A stretch of DNA of 64,000 bases from the human T2T-CHM13v2.0 reference genome, Homo sapiens: NCBI RefSeq assembly GCF_009914755.1, contig NC_060942.1; one strand, given 5' to 3'. How positions within the stretch are numbered: position 1 is the stretch's first letter; each line of letters opens with the position of its first letter. The notes under the pieces were generated by a model. The model saw only the letters and a list, made by a program, of their open reading frames with translations. It did no database searches and had not been told where the DNA came from. Of this stretch, positions 1 to 14,186 are shown piece after piece. The position numbers were made by a program, and so were the translations under genes.

Positions 1-784
1 AGTAATCAGTGCTGTGTGTCTTGGCACAGATAAATATGATGGAAAAACCAGGTGCTACAGAAACAAATTGGTAGTTTGTAAAGATCCAAGGTAGGGGCCT
101 CTCCCTTCACTCATTCCTGGGGTTAGTCATTGCCCCAGTGAAAAATACCTTGGTTCCTGGGAGCGTGTATGTATGTGTTTGGTGGTGTTTCATTTATAGT
201 GAAGGTAATTCTTAAAGTCCTCACTTTTTATTCCATTTTCTCTATTAAATTATTCTTGACTAAACTTTTGTTATATCAAAGATTTCTCATTTATAGGATT
301 GCTATTAACTACTGTTAACAAATACCCAAACAGAGAGACTAAAGCAATGGTTTAGGTAAAATTGTTCATGCACAAATTGAATTAAAAATAAAAGCTTTTC
401 AAAATTGGGCTGAACTGTACCATTTGCTGTTTTGTGACCTTGCTTTCATTAGCCGGGTATCTGACTGTATAAATATAAAGCTGAGATTGTTAGAATTTCT
501 TGAAGATATCCTATGCATCAATAAGAAAAAATTATCTACTGGTTTCTTGTTCATCAAGAAAATTTACAGCAAGGAAAACAGATTGATTCCATTTGTTCTT
601 AACAGCACATGCAGCTCTTATCATTGAAGCATGAAGAAAGAAAATGTATTGATTTAGACAGAGAAATAATTAGGTAAACATTGTGAACATTCATAGTTTA
701 TCTGACATAAACCAACCCAGATAGTACAGATAAGGTCTTCAGTTTATCTGCCCGCCACCCCAGTCATCTGGTCATCAATTTACA

Positions 785-1293
785 TGTATCAGTCATATAT
801 TGATTCATTAAAAACACTCCAAACTTGGCAGCAAATAGTAACAATCATTTATTCTCACTCACACTTATGTGTGTCTGGTTGTGGCTGATGTAGAATGAGT
901 GAGGCTAGATGATATGGTTCAAGCTGCAGGTCTCACTGGACTCACTGACCACTGCATGTTGCCTCCTGCCAGGTTAAATATGTTCTGTGTGATCCCACTG
1001 TGGGGTACAAGCTAATGGAGAAGAACTTACCTAGAGAAAGCTTTTACTGTGGTGTTGGAAGAAGCTCAAAAAGCAACTGGAAAGACACAGTTCCTCTGAA
1101 GGCTGAGGTTGGGAAACAGCACGCTGCCACTGACCCCATGTTCCATTTTCTGAGGCAAGGTCTTGGCCTGGCCCTATATTAAAGGGGTACGTTCATGCTT
1201 CCACACAACAGAGACTATAACTGCAAAGTCACGTGGCACAGGGCCAAGGAACAGGGAGAGATGATGAACTGGGGCTAATAATTCAGTCTACCA
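785..1293 (-). mobile_element. MaLR LTR (old MLT1 subfamily, MLT1H/K-like)
   Basis: Starts tgtatcagtca, ends ...ggggctaataattcagtctacca; internal actgcaaagtcacgtggca resembles antisense MLT1 LTR; followed by MLT-internal-like sequence to ~1830. Confidence 0.6.
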
Positions 1294-1828
1294 CCATGTG
1301 CTCTCTTGCAAAATAATACTCTAATCTCCCTCTCAAGACTCCCAAATATCTAAACTATCATAACCCTAGGCTTCGAATTTAGAAAGTTGCAGCACACCTC
1401 AATGTATCAGCCTCCATTGAATCTGGAGAGTTAGATCCTAAACAGTAAAGGTAATATCCTGTCTAAAACAAACTTGTAATGAGAGATTAGAGAAAAGCTA
1501 CTATAAGTAAAATGGAAAAAACTAACAGGCGCATAGCAGTCACTGGTTTATAACAACTCTGAGATCACACTGGACAAATACTGCTTGATCTCCTACTGTT
1601 AGTTTTCTCTATTTTCTTCTTTCCAGATTATTTCAGGAGGCAGTTTTAATAGATACGTCACCACAACATAGCATGTATTACCCTTTTTGCAGCTTCCTAT
1701 AGTAATTTTTGAAAATGATTCCCATTTTCTCTATTATTTATCTTGCTATATTTCACCTACCTCCAAGTCAATTACCACATACTTAAATACTTTGTTATAG
1801 AAGCACTCAGTGTTTAAGGGCTAATTTC

Positions 1829-2125
1829 TGTATCAGTTAGTTATTGCTGTATAATAATCCATTTTAAAGTGCAGTGGTGTGAAGCAATGCTCACATATTC
1901 TTTTGTGTATGTGTTTGCTGGACATCAAGTGACTGGTGGCGAGCCGTCTGAGTGGCTCTACTTAAAGCTAAAGCTCTGGCTGGCCGTGGCTCCTTTCTGT
2001 GTGTTGAACTTAGGTCTGTTGTTTGTGTATCCATTTCTGGGCTAGCTGGGGAGGCCAGCAACTATCCGTGGGTGGTTTTCTTCTTATGTTTTAAGAAACA
2101 GAAAAGAACAAATAGAAACATACTA
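1829..2125 (-). mobile_element. Second MLT1 LTR fragment, truncated or interrupted
   Basis: tgtatcagttagttattgctgtataataa...cagtgg start typical of antisense MLT1 LTR. Confidence 0.5.
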
Positions 2126-2705
2126 TGATAGAGTTAAATATGTTGACAAATTACCCCCCGACCCCCACATCAAAGTATGTAATGTGTATCTCCACCCTTG
2201 GGTATGAGCTGGCCATGCAATGACGAGCACACTTTACTTGCAGTGGTGATTAGAACATTACCAATCCCCTGAGGCACACAGAGCATTGAAAGTGTTCGAA
2301 TGTTAGCTGCTGCTGTCTAGCCTCAGACAAATTTATGAATAAGGCCAAACCAGGCATCTAGACAATGAGAGACCACAAGGAAGAAGTAATAAACTGGCAC
2401 AGCTGAACCACCAGCCTGCTAAACAACAGACAGCAGCTTCCAACCCTCACTCATCTTAGAGGCGTGAGCAACAAAGCTGACTAAGCTAGAGCAATCACAG
2501 AATTTATCTAAATGAATCTTTATGTGTGTTGTTCTCATTAGCTACTAACTTCTGGTATAGTTTGTTACAAGGGAAAAAAGCTACCTGGTACGGTAATTGA
2601 TACCTAGAAATGGGTCTTTACAAAACTTAAAATGTATGGCATTGACTTTGGAATTGGGTGATAGAGAATGAAAAGCTACCAAGGACTCAGTTGGAAAAAG
2701 GCTAG

Positions 2706-3057
<352 letters not shown>

Positions 3058-3684
3058 AGAAATTATTATTGAAGGGTGGAAAAACTGACAATTTATTTAT
3101 GTGGCTGTGAAACAATTGGCAGAACTGTAACCTGTGTCACTTGTCAGATAGAAAATGTACCTAATAAACATGAATTGTCCAAAGATACCACCAGACAGAA
3201 TATTGAAAGTGTCAGCTGGATGTTTCCAGCTGCATATGATAAAGAACTCCAGGGGAGAGATAAGCTATAGATGAAACTGTTATGATTGCAAGAGTAAGTT
3301 AAAGGGTTATAGAGGAGCCATAAATTATTGGGTTGGAAAATAAACTCTGATCCCTAGTCTCTGAGTGAGTAAAATGTTCTTGAATCAAAAGGAGACCTAA
3401 AGCCATAGTTAATATCAAAGATGTGGTTATAGCACTTCATATTAATAACTTCAAAAGATTTAATACAATGCCTACTAAACTCTCTCAACTAGAAGAATTG
3501 GTTTCACAAAAGTCAAAACACACCAAGTAGAGAGAAGGTTGTCTCAGAAAGAAAAGTAAGTTTTTTTTCCCCCTAATAGAATAGAATATAAAGTGATACA
3601 TAATATCCCCACAAAAGTTCTTAAGGAAAATATGGTATTTTAAACTAAAAGAAAATGAAATTGCTTAAATTTCAAAACGCCTCC

Positions 3685-3870
3685 TTTTTTGTGGTTTTAT
3701 AACTTTATTTGACAAGCAGCTATTAGCTCTCATCCACATTGACTGTTTTTAGAGTTTTGAAAATGGTAACAGGTACATAGGTAACCAAAGTATAGAGCTT
3801 GTTTGATAAATCTTTATCCTCATTACATTTTCTGGACAATTGCACATGGACACGATATGGGACATGCCTT
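3685..3870 (-). pseudogene. RPL31: 5'-truncated processed pseudogene of ribosomal protein L31 (C-terminal 47 codons, 3'UTR, poly-A remnant)
   Basis: Minus strand 3866->3723 translates [47 protein letters not shown], matching the recalled RPL31 C-terminus [47 protein letters not shown]; AATAAA at 3709-3704; T-run 3685-3690; no intron. Confidence 0.93.
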
Positions 3871-5040
3871 TGGTGTTGTCAGCTTTTTACAAGCAGGAAA
3901 TGTGTTGAGAAAGTTATTTGGCTACAAATGTTGGCAATTTCATAAGAAAAATGTGGGACATCTCAGGAGGCAGAATAAAGATTCCATATGGTGTAGGCAG
4001 GAAACAGAGAGCAATGGAGTAGGGAGATGACAACTAGGTACAATTTAAGCAATGGGCACAACTGCTTATTTAGGGGATCCTGGCACCATGAACCCAATGG
4101 AATTTTTAAAATTTTATGGGCCAGTGGCTGATGAGCATTTATTAGAATTATCCATATACTGTGAGCATTTATTACATTGAATTTTTAAAATCTTATGGAC
4201 CAGTGGCCAATGAGCATTTATTACAGTTATCCAAATGTAAGCATTTACTACAGTTATCTATACATTGTCTCACCATCATATTTGAAGTGTGAAAAGGATA
4301 TTATTTGTTCCTTAGTTCAGAGGCCTACAGATGAAGAGATGCTATACCAGAGAGGCTTTTCCCACAAGAGTCTCATTTTCATCTGGACCTGATATAGATG
4401 ATGCAATGAAATTATGATCCTGGAATTTAATATTATAATCGAATGACAATTTAGAGAGTCTTTGAATGGAAGTGATTATGTTTGCACATAAGAGGAATGT
4501 GAAAATTATACAACAGGGGAAAGATTGAGATAGATTGCAAACTTAACCCTAAACACTTTCCCTCCTATCAAGAAATGGATCTATTTCATGACCCTTAAAT
4601 CTGGGTTGGCCATATAACCTTACTTGACTAGTAGGATATTACTATCTTCAAAGAATACATAATCTAAAATTTTTATTTATATTTGCCCTGTTACCACTAA
4701 ACTAATGTTGTATACAACAGAAAAAAAAGACAACTTTCACTTTTTTATCCACTGTAAATTCTTTGGCAGTTTGTGGACAAATAGTCTAGGGAAAAGCTGA
4801 AGGAATAGTTTCATTGATCCATAGGGCACTGTTTCAATTATAATAGTCGTTATTACCAGCACTGCATGAACACACCCTAACACACTCATTGATATCACCA
4901 GCACTGCATGAATGCACACATCTATATGAAGACAACTAAATTGAAAGTAAGAAAGTTCATTCTAAAATGCCCCGTGTCATTGTAAAACATTACTACTATT
5001 GATGAAAGTGAAAATTTTTGTTTGAATTGATTTTGTTTCA

Positions 5041-5248
5041 TTTTTAATTGGCAGATAATATTTAATATATTATGTACCTGTTTAAAGTATATAAACATTG
5101 TGCAATGGTGAAATATAACTAATTAACAACAGCTTTACCTCACATAGTTATCATGTTGTAGTGGGAACATTTAACATCCACTGTCTTTACATTCTTCAAG
5201 AATACGGTATATCATAATAAACTATAGTCACCATGCTGTACAATTGAC
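5041..5248 (-). mobile_element. L1MA 3' end fragment
   Basis: ttacctcacatagttatcat...actatagtcaccatgctgtacaat typical of antisense L1MA 3'UTR. Confidence 0.75.
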
Positions 5249-6149
5249 ATTTTAGTATGCTTAGTAGTTTGGTTCATGATATTCAGAAATGAGAAAACAC
5301 AGATGATTCCCTTTCTTCTTTGATTACTGCCTTTTATTATTTTTCAGTTGAAATAATTAGTGTTAGAAATCAAGCCAAGGTTTTTTCCTTCACAGTAAAT
5401 ATAGTTATTTATACATATGTAAGTACAGTAAATATATATATAGATTTATACATATATTTATTTATATACATATATGCTTTGAATAATGGCCCACAAATCT
5501 GATAATTTTTACCCTTAAAGAAAGTATACATGACTTGTCTTGCATGATAAAATATGATGTATTAAATATTTAAATTTAAATCTAGCATAATACACATTAC
5601 ATTATAAATTAATATGTATTACTCTGCTGAAAGAAAATTATTATAGATTTAATAAACACTTATCAAACACCTGATAAGTATAGATTATGTTACTAGAAAT
5701 GTTACCCACAGAAAATAACTCAATGATACTTCTTTCAATTGAAAGAATCCACTTGAGACATTTATGCATACTGATAAAAAACAACAACAAAGAAACTCTT
5801 CAATAGACTTTAAAAACATGTACTTCTCGTGTCTTCAGTCTAGTAATTTGGTTTAATTCTGAGCCCATAACCCATTCAGAGTTACCCTAGAGAGGAACTA
5901 AACACTAAATTAGTTTCCAAAGCAACTCTGAATAAGCCCTTCAAAATTAAATTTAGCTGCATAAATCTTCAGAACTCTAATATATTACAAAGCCCTTAGC
6001 TCATACTAAGTGTTTAAGAGAAATGTATTGACTAGCATTTAAATAAAATTTGGTATGGATTTACCTCACTGTAATGAGTTTTCTGATAAGCCTAGAAAAA
6101 CGGGTGAATTGAGTTATCATTCTTAACATTTCACTCTCTCCTTCTTGTG

Positions 6150-6545
6150 TCTATCTGTGCTCTTTGATATTTGACTTTGTATCTTCCTCCACTACACATG
6201 GAAAGTTTTTCCTCATCCCATTGACATTGGCAGCCAGATGACTGTCTTATGCCAAGGGAATGAGGGCAGAAATTTAAAGGTGCCAATTCTCAACAGAAGT
6301 TTTAAGAAGCATAACCAGCTTTTGCTAACTCTAGTATTATGTGGAGACCTCTGGCCTTAGATCCAAAAGACACATGGAGCAGTTCTTAATCAAACCCAAG
6401 TATGTAGCCTGAAGTTGAGTCTTCCTATTTGTCCCCACAGGAGTCAATCAATCAATCAATCAATCAGTTCGCACAATGCTTGTTATTGACAGATAATGAC
6501 ATTTGGCATTGCTTAATATACAGCATTATTGAAGAAATAGTTCAT
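6150..6545 (+). mobile_element. Old MLT1 (I/J-like) LTR containing a (TCAA)n repeat
   Basis: ctcatcccattgacattggc...gccaagggaatgagggcaga...cagcattattgaagaaatag resembles MLT1 LTR. Confidence 0.5.
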
Positions 6546-7047
6546 GTTCCCCTTGGATATTCTGAATTCCATTGTATTATGAATATAAATATGGTTAGGG
6601 TTTTTTTAAATGATGAAAAAATCTTTTTTTCTTTCCTTCCTCCCTTCCTCCTTCCTTCCCTCATTCCTTGATCTGGAACTACCTCCTCCCTGCCTTCTCA
6701 GTCTCCCCCTTTTTCTTCTTTTTTTTATTAAGCTTTAAAAGAATAGGAAGTTAATGCAACACATAATATGTCTAGGCTGTGTTGTGAAATTCAAATGTTC
6801 CCATGTGACCATCTTTGATTATTAATCGAAAGTACACCCTGGCTTATGTAACTATGAACGTTGCATTCATGGCCTACCCTTTGCATTTATCTTGATTATT
6901 AAATGTTCTCATTTTTTTTGGTCATCTCCCTCAAATTGCAGGATATGTTCTCCCCTGCTTTTCCAAATGGATAGACCATTTCATACCATATGAAATTAAA
7001 GAAGTTTGACGTATAGCACAGCGACATTCTTCTAGCTCCTTTATCTC

Positions 7048-7347
7048 TTTTTTTTTTTTTTTTTTGAGACAGAGTTTCACTCTGTGGCCCAGGCTGGAGT
7101 ACAGTGATGCCATCTCAGCTCAATGCAACCTCTGCCTCCTGGGTTCAAGCAATTCTCCTGCCTCAGCACCCCCCAGTAGCTGGGACTACAGGTGCACGCC
7201 ACCACCCCAGGCTAATTTTTGTATCTTTAGTAGAGACGGGGTTTCGCCATGTTTGCCAGGCTGGTCTTGAACGCCTGACCCTTAGTGATCAGCCTGCCTC
7301 AGCCTCCCAAATGCTGGGATTACAAGCATGAGCCACTGTGCCCGGCC
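7048..7347 (-). mobile_element. AluS
   Basis: Poly-T followed by a full antisense Alu ending cccggcc. Confidence 0.93.
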
Positions 7348-8151
7348 TTTCTCCTCTCTCTTAAAATATTCTTCAAAGCCAACCAGAGAAGCTGAGGAAG
7401 GAATTTCTCCTAAAAATCTGTACATAAATATATCTTAATGAACTTTATGTGTACTGTTTCAACAGAGGCGCTGGTAGTTGGAGAATTCAAATGTGATCTA
7501 GGAAGCGTAGGGCAGAAGTAAAACATAGACACTCCCAAACTCTAGACAGATTACATCTTTCCTGGATTAATTTTACGTTTTTCTCCTTATCCTCCTGATA
7601 CTTTGTGCCTGAAGCCATGACATCAGGAAATTGTAAATAAAACTTGTGGCCATTACACTTTTAATTGTGGCAGCAACACTAAAATCTTCCAAGTATATTC
7701 ATGTGGAAGGAGGAAAGCCGTCTGCTTTGGGAGAGGCACCACTGGGGGACAATTTCTGTGCCTCTGGAGGCAGTCTGGGACTTAAAAAGGAAATGGACAG
7801 TTTGTGTCCTTTGTTGTTTTCATTTATTTTACTTTAATCAATTTTGCTAAAAGCACGTCTTGATTACATGTAGCAAAAGGGATAATGTAAAGATAGAAAG
7901 AGTGGTTCTTTTTACCTAGATAAAATATTGTATAAGTCATTCTTTCTATTAAGACAAAAATAAGACCAGCCAAGGTATCCTCTTATACAAGGAACGTGTA
8001 TTTAAACATTAATATAATATTTCTCCAAATGTCATATCATTTAATAACTAATATAATGTTATTATATGACTCATGTTTTTTCTGCATATTAGCATAAAAT
8101 TCAAGATACTGATTTAAAACAGGAAATAATAAAATGAAATGTTCTTTGTAG

Positions 8152-8237
8152 ATGGTCTCAAGTTGACACCATCAAAATCTGCTGCGGAAACATGTACGTT
8201 AACAAGGATGCCAGGAATCAGAGAATACAGGCAATAG
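8152..8237 (+). other. Candidate internal exon (alternative donors after 8193 or 8237)
   Basis: Acceptor gttctttgtag|; donors CAT|gtacgt and TAG|gtaact; non-repetitive context. Confidence 0.3.
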
Positions 8238-11200
8238 GTAACTTTCAGGGAGGAAAAGTCAAAACCTTAGGAATTAGTAAATAGTAAAAACAAAAAAAAT
8301 CTATAACTATGGTTTTATTTATATATTTTTAGATTTCTAAAACAACTCATCCCTCCAAAAATAAAGTATATCCAAATACGTATTTCATGAATTTGATTTT
8401 TTATTGTTGCATGCTACAACCATTTTGCCTATGGTTATTGGGTACTTGGCAAAATTTCTGGAATATTTAATGTCAGTCTTCAACTATGTCTCCCCAAAAC
8501 ACATTCAACGCTGGTTTAATAAGCACTTAGTCCTCACGCAGCTTTCATCTTCCATGTGAAATATAAATTTTCACCCATTACCAAATTAATGTAGAGCAGA
8601 GATTTAAAAATGTAAAAAATAAAAAAGAATCACAGTATAACAAAAACTTGCATTTTCAATTTAAATGAAAAAATATTTTATGCTTTGATAAATTTGAGTT
8701 TCTGTGCAAATGAATTTTCTGTTTTCTTTCTTCCGTGTCCTCATATTAAAATATATTTTAATCTACTTTCATTCTATTACAAATAAAATATCCAAATTCC
8801 CTATATTATGACATGTGTAGTTGGTAGAGTGGTATTTTAAACTACTGGTAGGCCAGCTGCAAGTGCTGAAGGATGCAAATAGAGTGTTGTCAGCGGAAAC
8901 GGTGGAGTATACCACAATGAAAGGTTTGAGCAAAGTCAGAAACCATGTGAGAATGTCGAGTCTTCCGGAGGAAGTGGGGAATCCACTGCAATAGTCGCCT
9001 GCTAGGTATATTGAAAAGAAAGAATGTAGAAATTAGAAGTCCTGTGCCAGGGAGATGAGACCAAGGATATGTGGATCAAAAGTAAAGGGAGGGATGGATT
9101 ATTGTGGGGAAAAAAATTCACTTATTTTAAAGTTATTTTCATGAAGTGATGGAAGCCTGATGGATTGGCCTGACTTAAAAAACTGGCAGATGATACATGG
9201 TTATCCCGACTATAAACTTCATCTTAGTCATTTTTAATTTCCCTCGGGATCTGACCAAAGTGCTTTCCAAATAAAAGGGGCACAGTAACGACTGTTGACG
9301 GAGTGAATGTGTGGATGATAAGACGGTGCTCACTGAACCAGATTACTGTAAGGGCCTTCTTCTGTCCCAGAATATACTTTAATGCCCTTGTTGCTTTGGC
9401 AAGTTTTCCCATAGTATCTAAGGAGTGCTGGGTGCTGCAAAAGGTTTTCTGATTTGTGCAATGTGTAGTTTTACACAGCTGAAGTCACATGAATTCCTTC
9501 TTTTATCTGAAAATTTAAATCTTTTATCAGAATGAAATCACCTTGGTGCTGTCTGTTGAGGCTTATTATTTTCATGTTTTTTTTCCCTTGAACGTATACT
9601 TTTTTATGCCTCTGAAACAAAGAAATCTGAGATGCTGAAAATTAGTAGCCATGTTAACCCTTTATTATCAAATAAAAGACAAAAATGTTATTTTAACTAA
9701 TGTCAAGACAATGGTTGCATATATATACTTGTTTTCTTAGACTCTTTTACTTGCAGCCTACATATTGTTAAAGTAATTATTCAGAGCAAATGTCTATGTT
9801 TCTACAAATGAGTACATGAGCAATTAGTTAAAATGTATTATGTGACAAGGAATACAGTATTCTTCATGTTACTTTCTAATTTTTTTCTGAGTAGGAATTG
9901 AAACTATTTCAATGTTATTAAAATCATATTGAATACAAAGCATTCATAATAAATAGTCCTTAACTTCTGTAATACAATTGCAATTTAGTTGAATATGAGT
10001 CACTGTTTGAAGTTGAATGAAACAAGCTCATTAACCATTTGTTTGTACTGACCAGTATTTGGACTATATTTAAATTATCGTAACATATAAAGCATTTTAT
10101 CATATATATTATCTAAGTTGATGTATTCACCCACACTTAAATTTTTTACATATTATTTTCATGAATTTTTAAAAAAATGTACCCATTGCTTGGAAAAAAG
10201 AAATGTGCATTCTCTTCTCTCTTACAAATCACATTTAGAACTTAAACTCAGTGTTTATTATTTACTATACTTTGATTAGCCTTTTAAAGAAAATTTTAGG
10301 TTGAATTTCGGAAAGATTTCATACCACTATTGGTTTCTTCTACTTTGTATGCAATGCTCAGTGTACTCAGACATATAATGTGGATGATGTGGCATATGCA
10401 TATAAATATATAATATTTATGCATTTTAAATCTTTCTTTAAAACCAGAGAGATGATCATTTTCAAAGTATATTAGTCTCATTTATCTCCATGATGCCATT
10501 AATGTTGTAAAATGTTGCAGCACCATTCCTAACTCCTGAAGGCCTGCATCAGCCTTTAGCTACTCAGCCGCATTATTAGACTGTCAACATAATTCAGACA
10601 TCTCATACAGAAACAGCCAACCCGCTGGCTCCAGTGCTTTGTAAATGTATTTGCTTGATGTAGTAGCTCTGAACATATTGAGGACTTTCCTGTTTCTATG
10701 CAAACGGCACTTGCAGAATCATCTCTATTGCTGCTTCAGAAATGCGCTGAAGATTTACAGCTTTGTTTTTCTGTGTTATACAGTTTGGTCTATCTCAATT
10801 CCTATTCACTGATAAACATATGAAAAGGGAAAATGCAACTTGTAGAATTAGAAGGAAAATTAGTGTTTGTACTGATCACCATTCCAAATTGACATATTTT
10901 CATTTACTTTTCCAATTCAGGTTTTAAAGCCTCCAAATGTATGGACAAAATTACACAGTTAAGAAATTCATCAAAATATTTGTAATGTACAGGGGATGCT
11001 TTTGTTTTTCAATTAATGAGCATAAGCACTGTTAGCTCAGTTTTACACATAAAAATAGCATAAGAACTAAAATAGCAATTTCCCTTTAAAACTGAACTCA
11101 AACATGGACACATATTTGAAAACCTAGAACTAAATTTGACACCAAAAGAGAAAAACGAGTGAAAATTTGTGTAAGGAGCTATCCTTATGACATGGGAAAT

Positions 11201-11302
11201 CATAGGGGATGAACAATGAATGCACAAAATTAAAAGAGGCCAAATAGAAAACCTATCATTCTCTGTTCTGTCTTCAACATTGCCCACTTCCTTTATCTAC
11301 AG

Positions 11303-11370
11303 ATGCAATACGACTTTGAGTTAACTCAGAACTTGCAAATTAAAGTTTATTTATTTTGAATTATTTTGTC
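11303..11370 (+). other. Candidate short terminal exon
   Basis: Long pyrimidine tract then ...cctttatctacag|; ATTAAA at 11339-11344 followed by U-rich sequence. Confidence 0.22.
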
Positions 11371-12039
11371 ATTTTTAACAGAACAAAGATAATCAAAATG
11401 TGCATTCTTAGAGCAACTAAGTCAGATGAAGATTTGATGTTCTATTACCAACTAAAATGAGCTTCCAGGCAATGTGACTAGTCAAGATAGCCATGATCAA
11501 GTAATGTGACATTATGTATTACACGTGACAGTGATTCTGGCATCTCCTTAAAAAAAATCTGCTCTGTGTATCAATCATTTTAATAACAACAGACTCTCTC
11601 GCTGTGAGCTTTCTTTACAGATGGGCTCAATGTAATCTATAAAAACTCTACTAGTGGTCAAATACTGTGTTAGGCACACAGGAATCAACAATATAAGGAC
11701 AAGGAACATTCGGCCTCACAAAACAGGCAAGCTCCTAGGGAATTCGGGTATTCCAGTTCACAGATGCAAACATGCAGTGAACCGTATATTGAGATGCAGC
11801 ATGTTCAATGAAAATATTAACAAAAAGTTCTCTGATTTGAAACTGGCAATGATTTTGTCTGCTGCAGGAGTTAGGGATGATCTCAAAGCAATAAAGTGTG
11901 TTAGTGTTTGGAAGATAAATCTGGGTTGACCAGGTTGCTCACGTGGGCGGAAGGGCTTTCCAGTTAGAAAGAAGTAGCAAGTCATGTTGAGGATATTGAT
12001 TTGCAGTAATAGGGATACAACAATCCCAGAAATTAATGA

Positions 12040-12170
12040 ATCCAATCCTATGATATTACAGGTGAGAAAGCTGAGGCCCATTCAAACTTAGTGACTTGCC
12101 TGAAGCCAGTAAGTTAATTATTACCATAAGCAACCTTAAAAAATGTGCTGGGTCACCAGATAAGCCTCTG
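12040..12170 (+). mobile_element. MIR fragment
   Basis: ggtgagaaagctgaggccca...agtgacttgcctgaagcc resembles the MIR core. Confidence 0.55.
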
Positions 12171-13826
12171 TTCAATGTCCTTACTGCGCCTCTGCTGTTA
12201 TTGACCCTGCTATTCTTCCTCTGATCATGTACGACTACACCTTTCCAGTCTCTGTTCTCCCCTCAGAGTCCTGCTGATTTGTGTGCTCTCGCTATGATTT
12301 TCTAAGCTGTCAGTTCTCTGAACCTAGCTCTCTGTTCTCCATCTTTCCAGATCTTGCTTGAAGCCAATCCGAAGGCATTCATGGACAGATCTTCCTCAGT
12401 GGTTTATACATAGTCTATATACTGTGTTCTAGCTAAAATATTTTTTACATGTCAAAAGAAGGAGATACACACAATACGTATTTAGAAGCAGGCAAAAAGA
12501 AAAAGAAAGTAACTCATAACCTTACCACCCAAAGAGTATCACTGTTAACATGTTGGTGTAGAACATCCTTCCAAATATTTCTCTGTTCTACATTTTTTAA
12601 TTGTATATTTGAGGTACTAATTTCCACTTTTCCATTTCCATGAATGTTATTCTTTTAATATTTATTTCATATTCAAATTCCCCTTTGTTTCTGAAATTTC
12701 TCTGGTAGCTGATTTTTGCCTGCCCAGATGTTGTCTATGACCTCTCATTGCATCCGGTTAACATGATCCTTAAATCTCCTTTAATCTAGGGCAGTTTATT
12801 AAGTTTTTCTGTCATTGACTTACTGAAAGCATCAGGCTTATTGTACTCTACATTATTCCAACTTCTCAATTTTCCAAACTACTTATTTGAAGTAATGCCT
12901 CACGTAATGCCCAGTAATGCCTGGGACCATAAGCTCAGCAGGGAGACTGCTCCCTCTGTCTCTCCTCCTGTGACCATGTCCACTTCATATCAATGGGAGA
13001 TATTCAAGAGCGGTGAGTAGGAACATGAGCCGTCATTCATTTATCCTCTAAATTCAGTATTTTCTGTAAAATGGACATCAGTTCTAAAAAAAAAAAAAAG
13101 TAGATTCAGATTTTTGGCTAAAATGCATTTTATAGGTTGCACACTTTGCAGGGTCTACATCACATAGTACTTAATCATCCTAGCTGCCATATCATACTGT
13201 TGCTAGGGTTTATCAATGGTTTAGGCACTGATACTGAATAGTTCATTTTCTCTCTTTCAGAGTAACAAGTAATACATGTAATATTTATATGGCATTACAT
13301 AAATAACTAATACCTTATCAACCATTCCCTTAATGGTAATGAAAACAATTGCCGATACCTAAAAGAAATATATATTTATAAACATATATGTATATATATA
13401 TACACACACATATATACTTATGAGTTATAAAGTTACGATTTTCAAATTATGTCATTTCCATATGGACTGATAACATTTAGTTATCCTAACATAAGAGACT
13501 CGCTGATAAATATTTAGTTTTCTGTATTTAATTACCATGTTTTCAAGAAAAGAAAACATTTAATACCTATATGTCTAACGATGACATATGGGTTTTATCT
13601 AGCTTTCTCTTTTGTGAGCAATATTAGGAGCAAATGGATCTTTTAATAATTGAATGAATATTTATCCAACAAATTATTCTTTGGCAAGTTTGAATGGTGG
13701 AATTGCCTTGAAGTAGACCTCCATATCCTGTTTATAAAGTCCTTCCAAATTATTAAAACGTTCCCCTTTTTTAAGCACAATATAATATCATAGGTTCATC
13801 ATGTGTCTTCCTCTCTGTACTCCTGA

Positions 13827-14158
<332 letters not shown>

Positions 14159-14186
14159 TCCAGTTGTTTTTAATATAGAATATATT

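Noticed and set aside
3803-4030. 75-aa plus-strand ORF
   Set aside because: Antisense to the RPL31 retrocopy and runs into MaLR internal sequence
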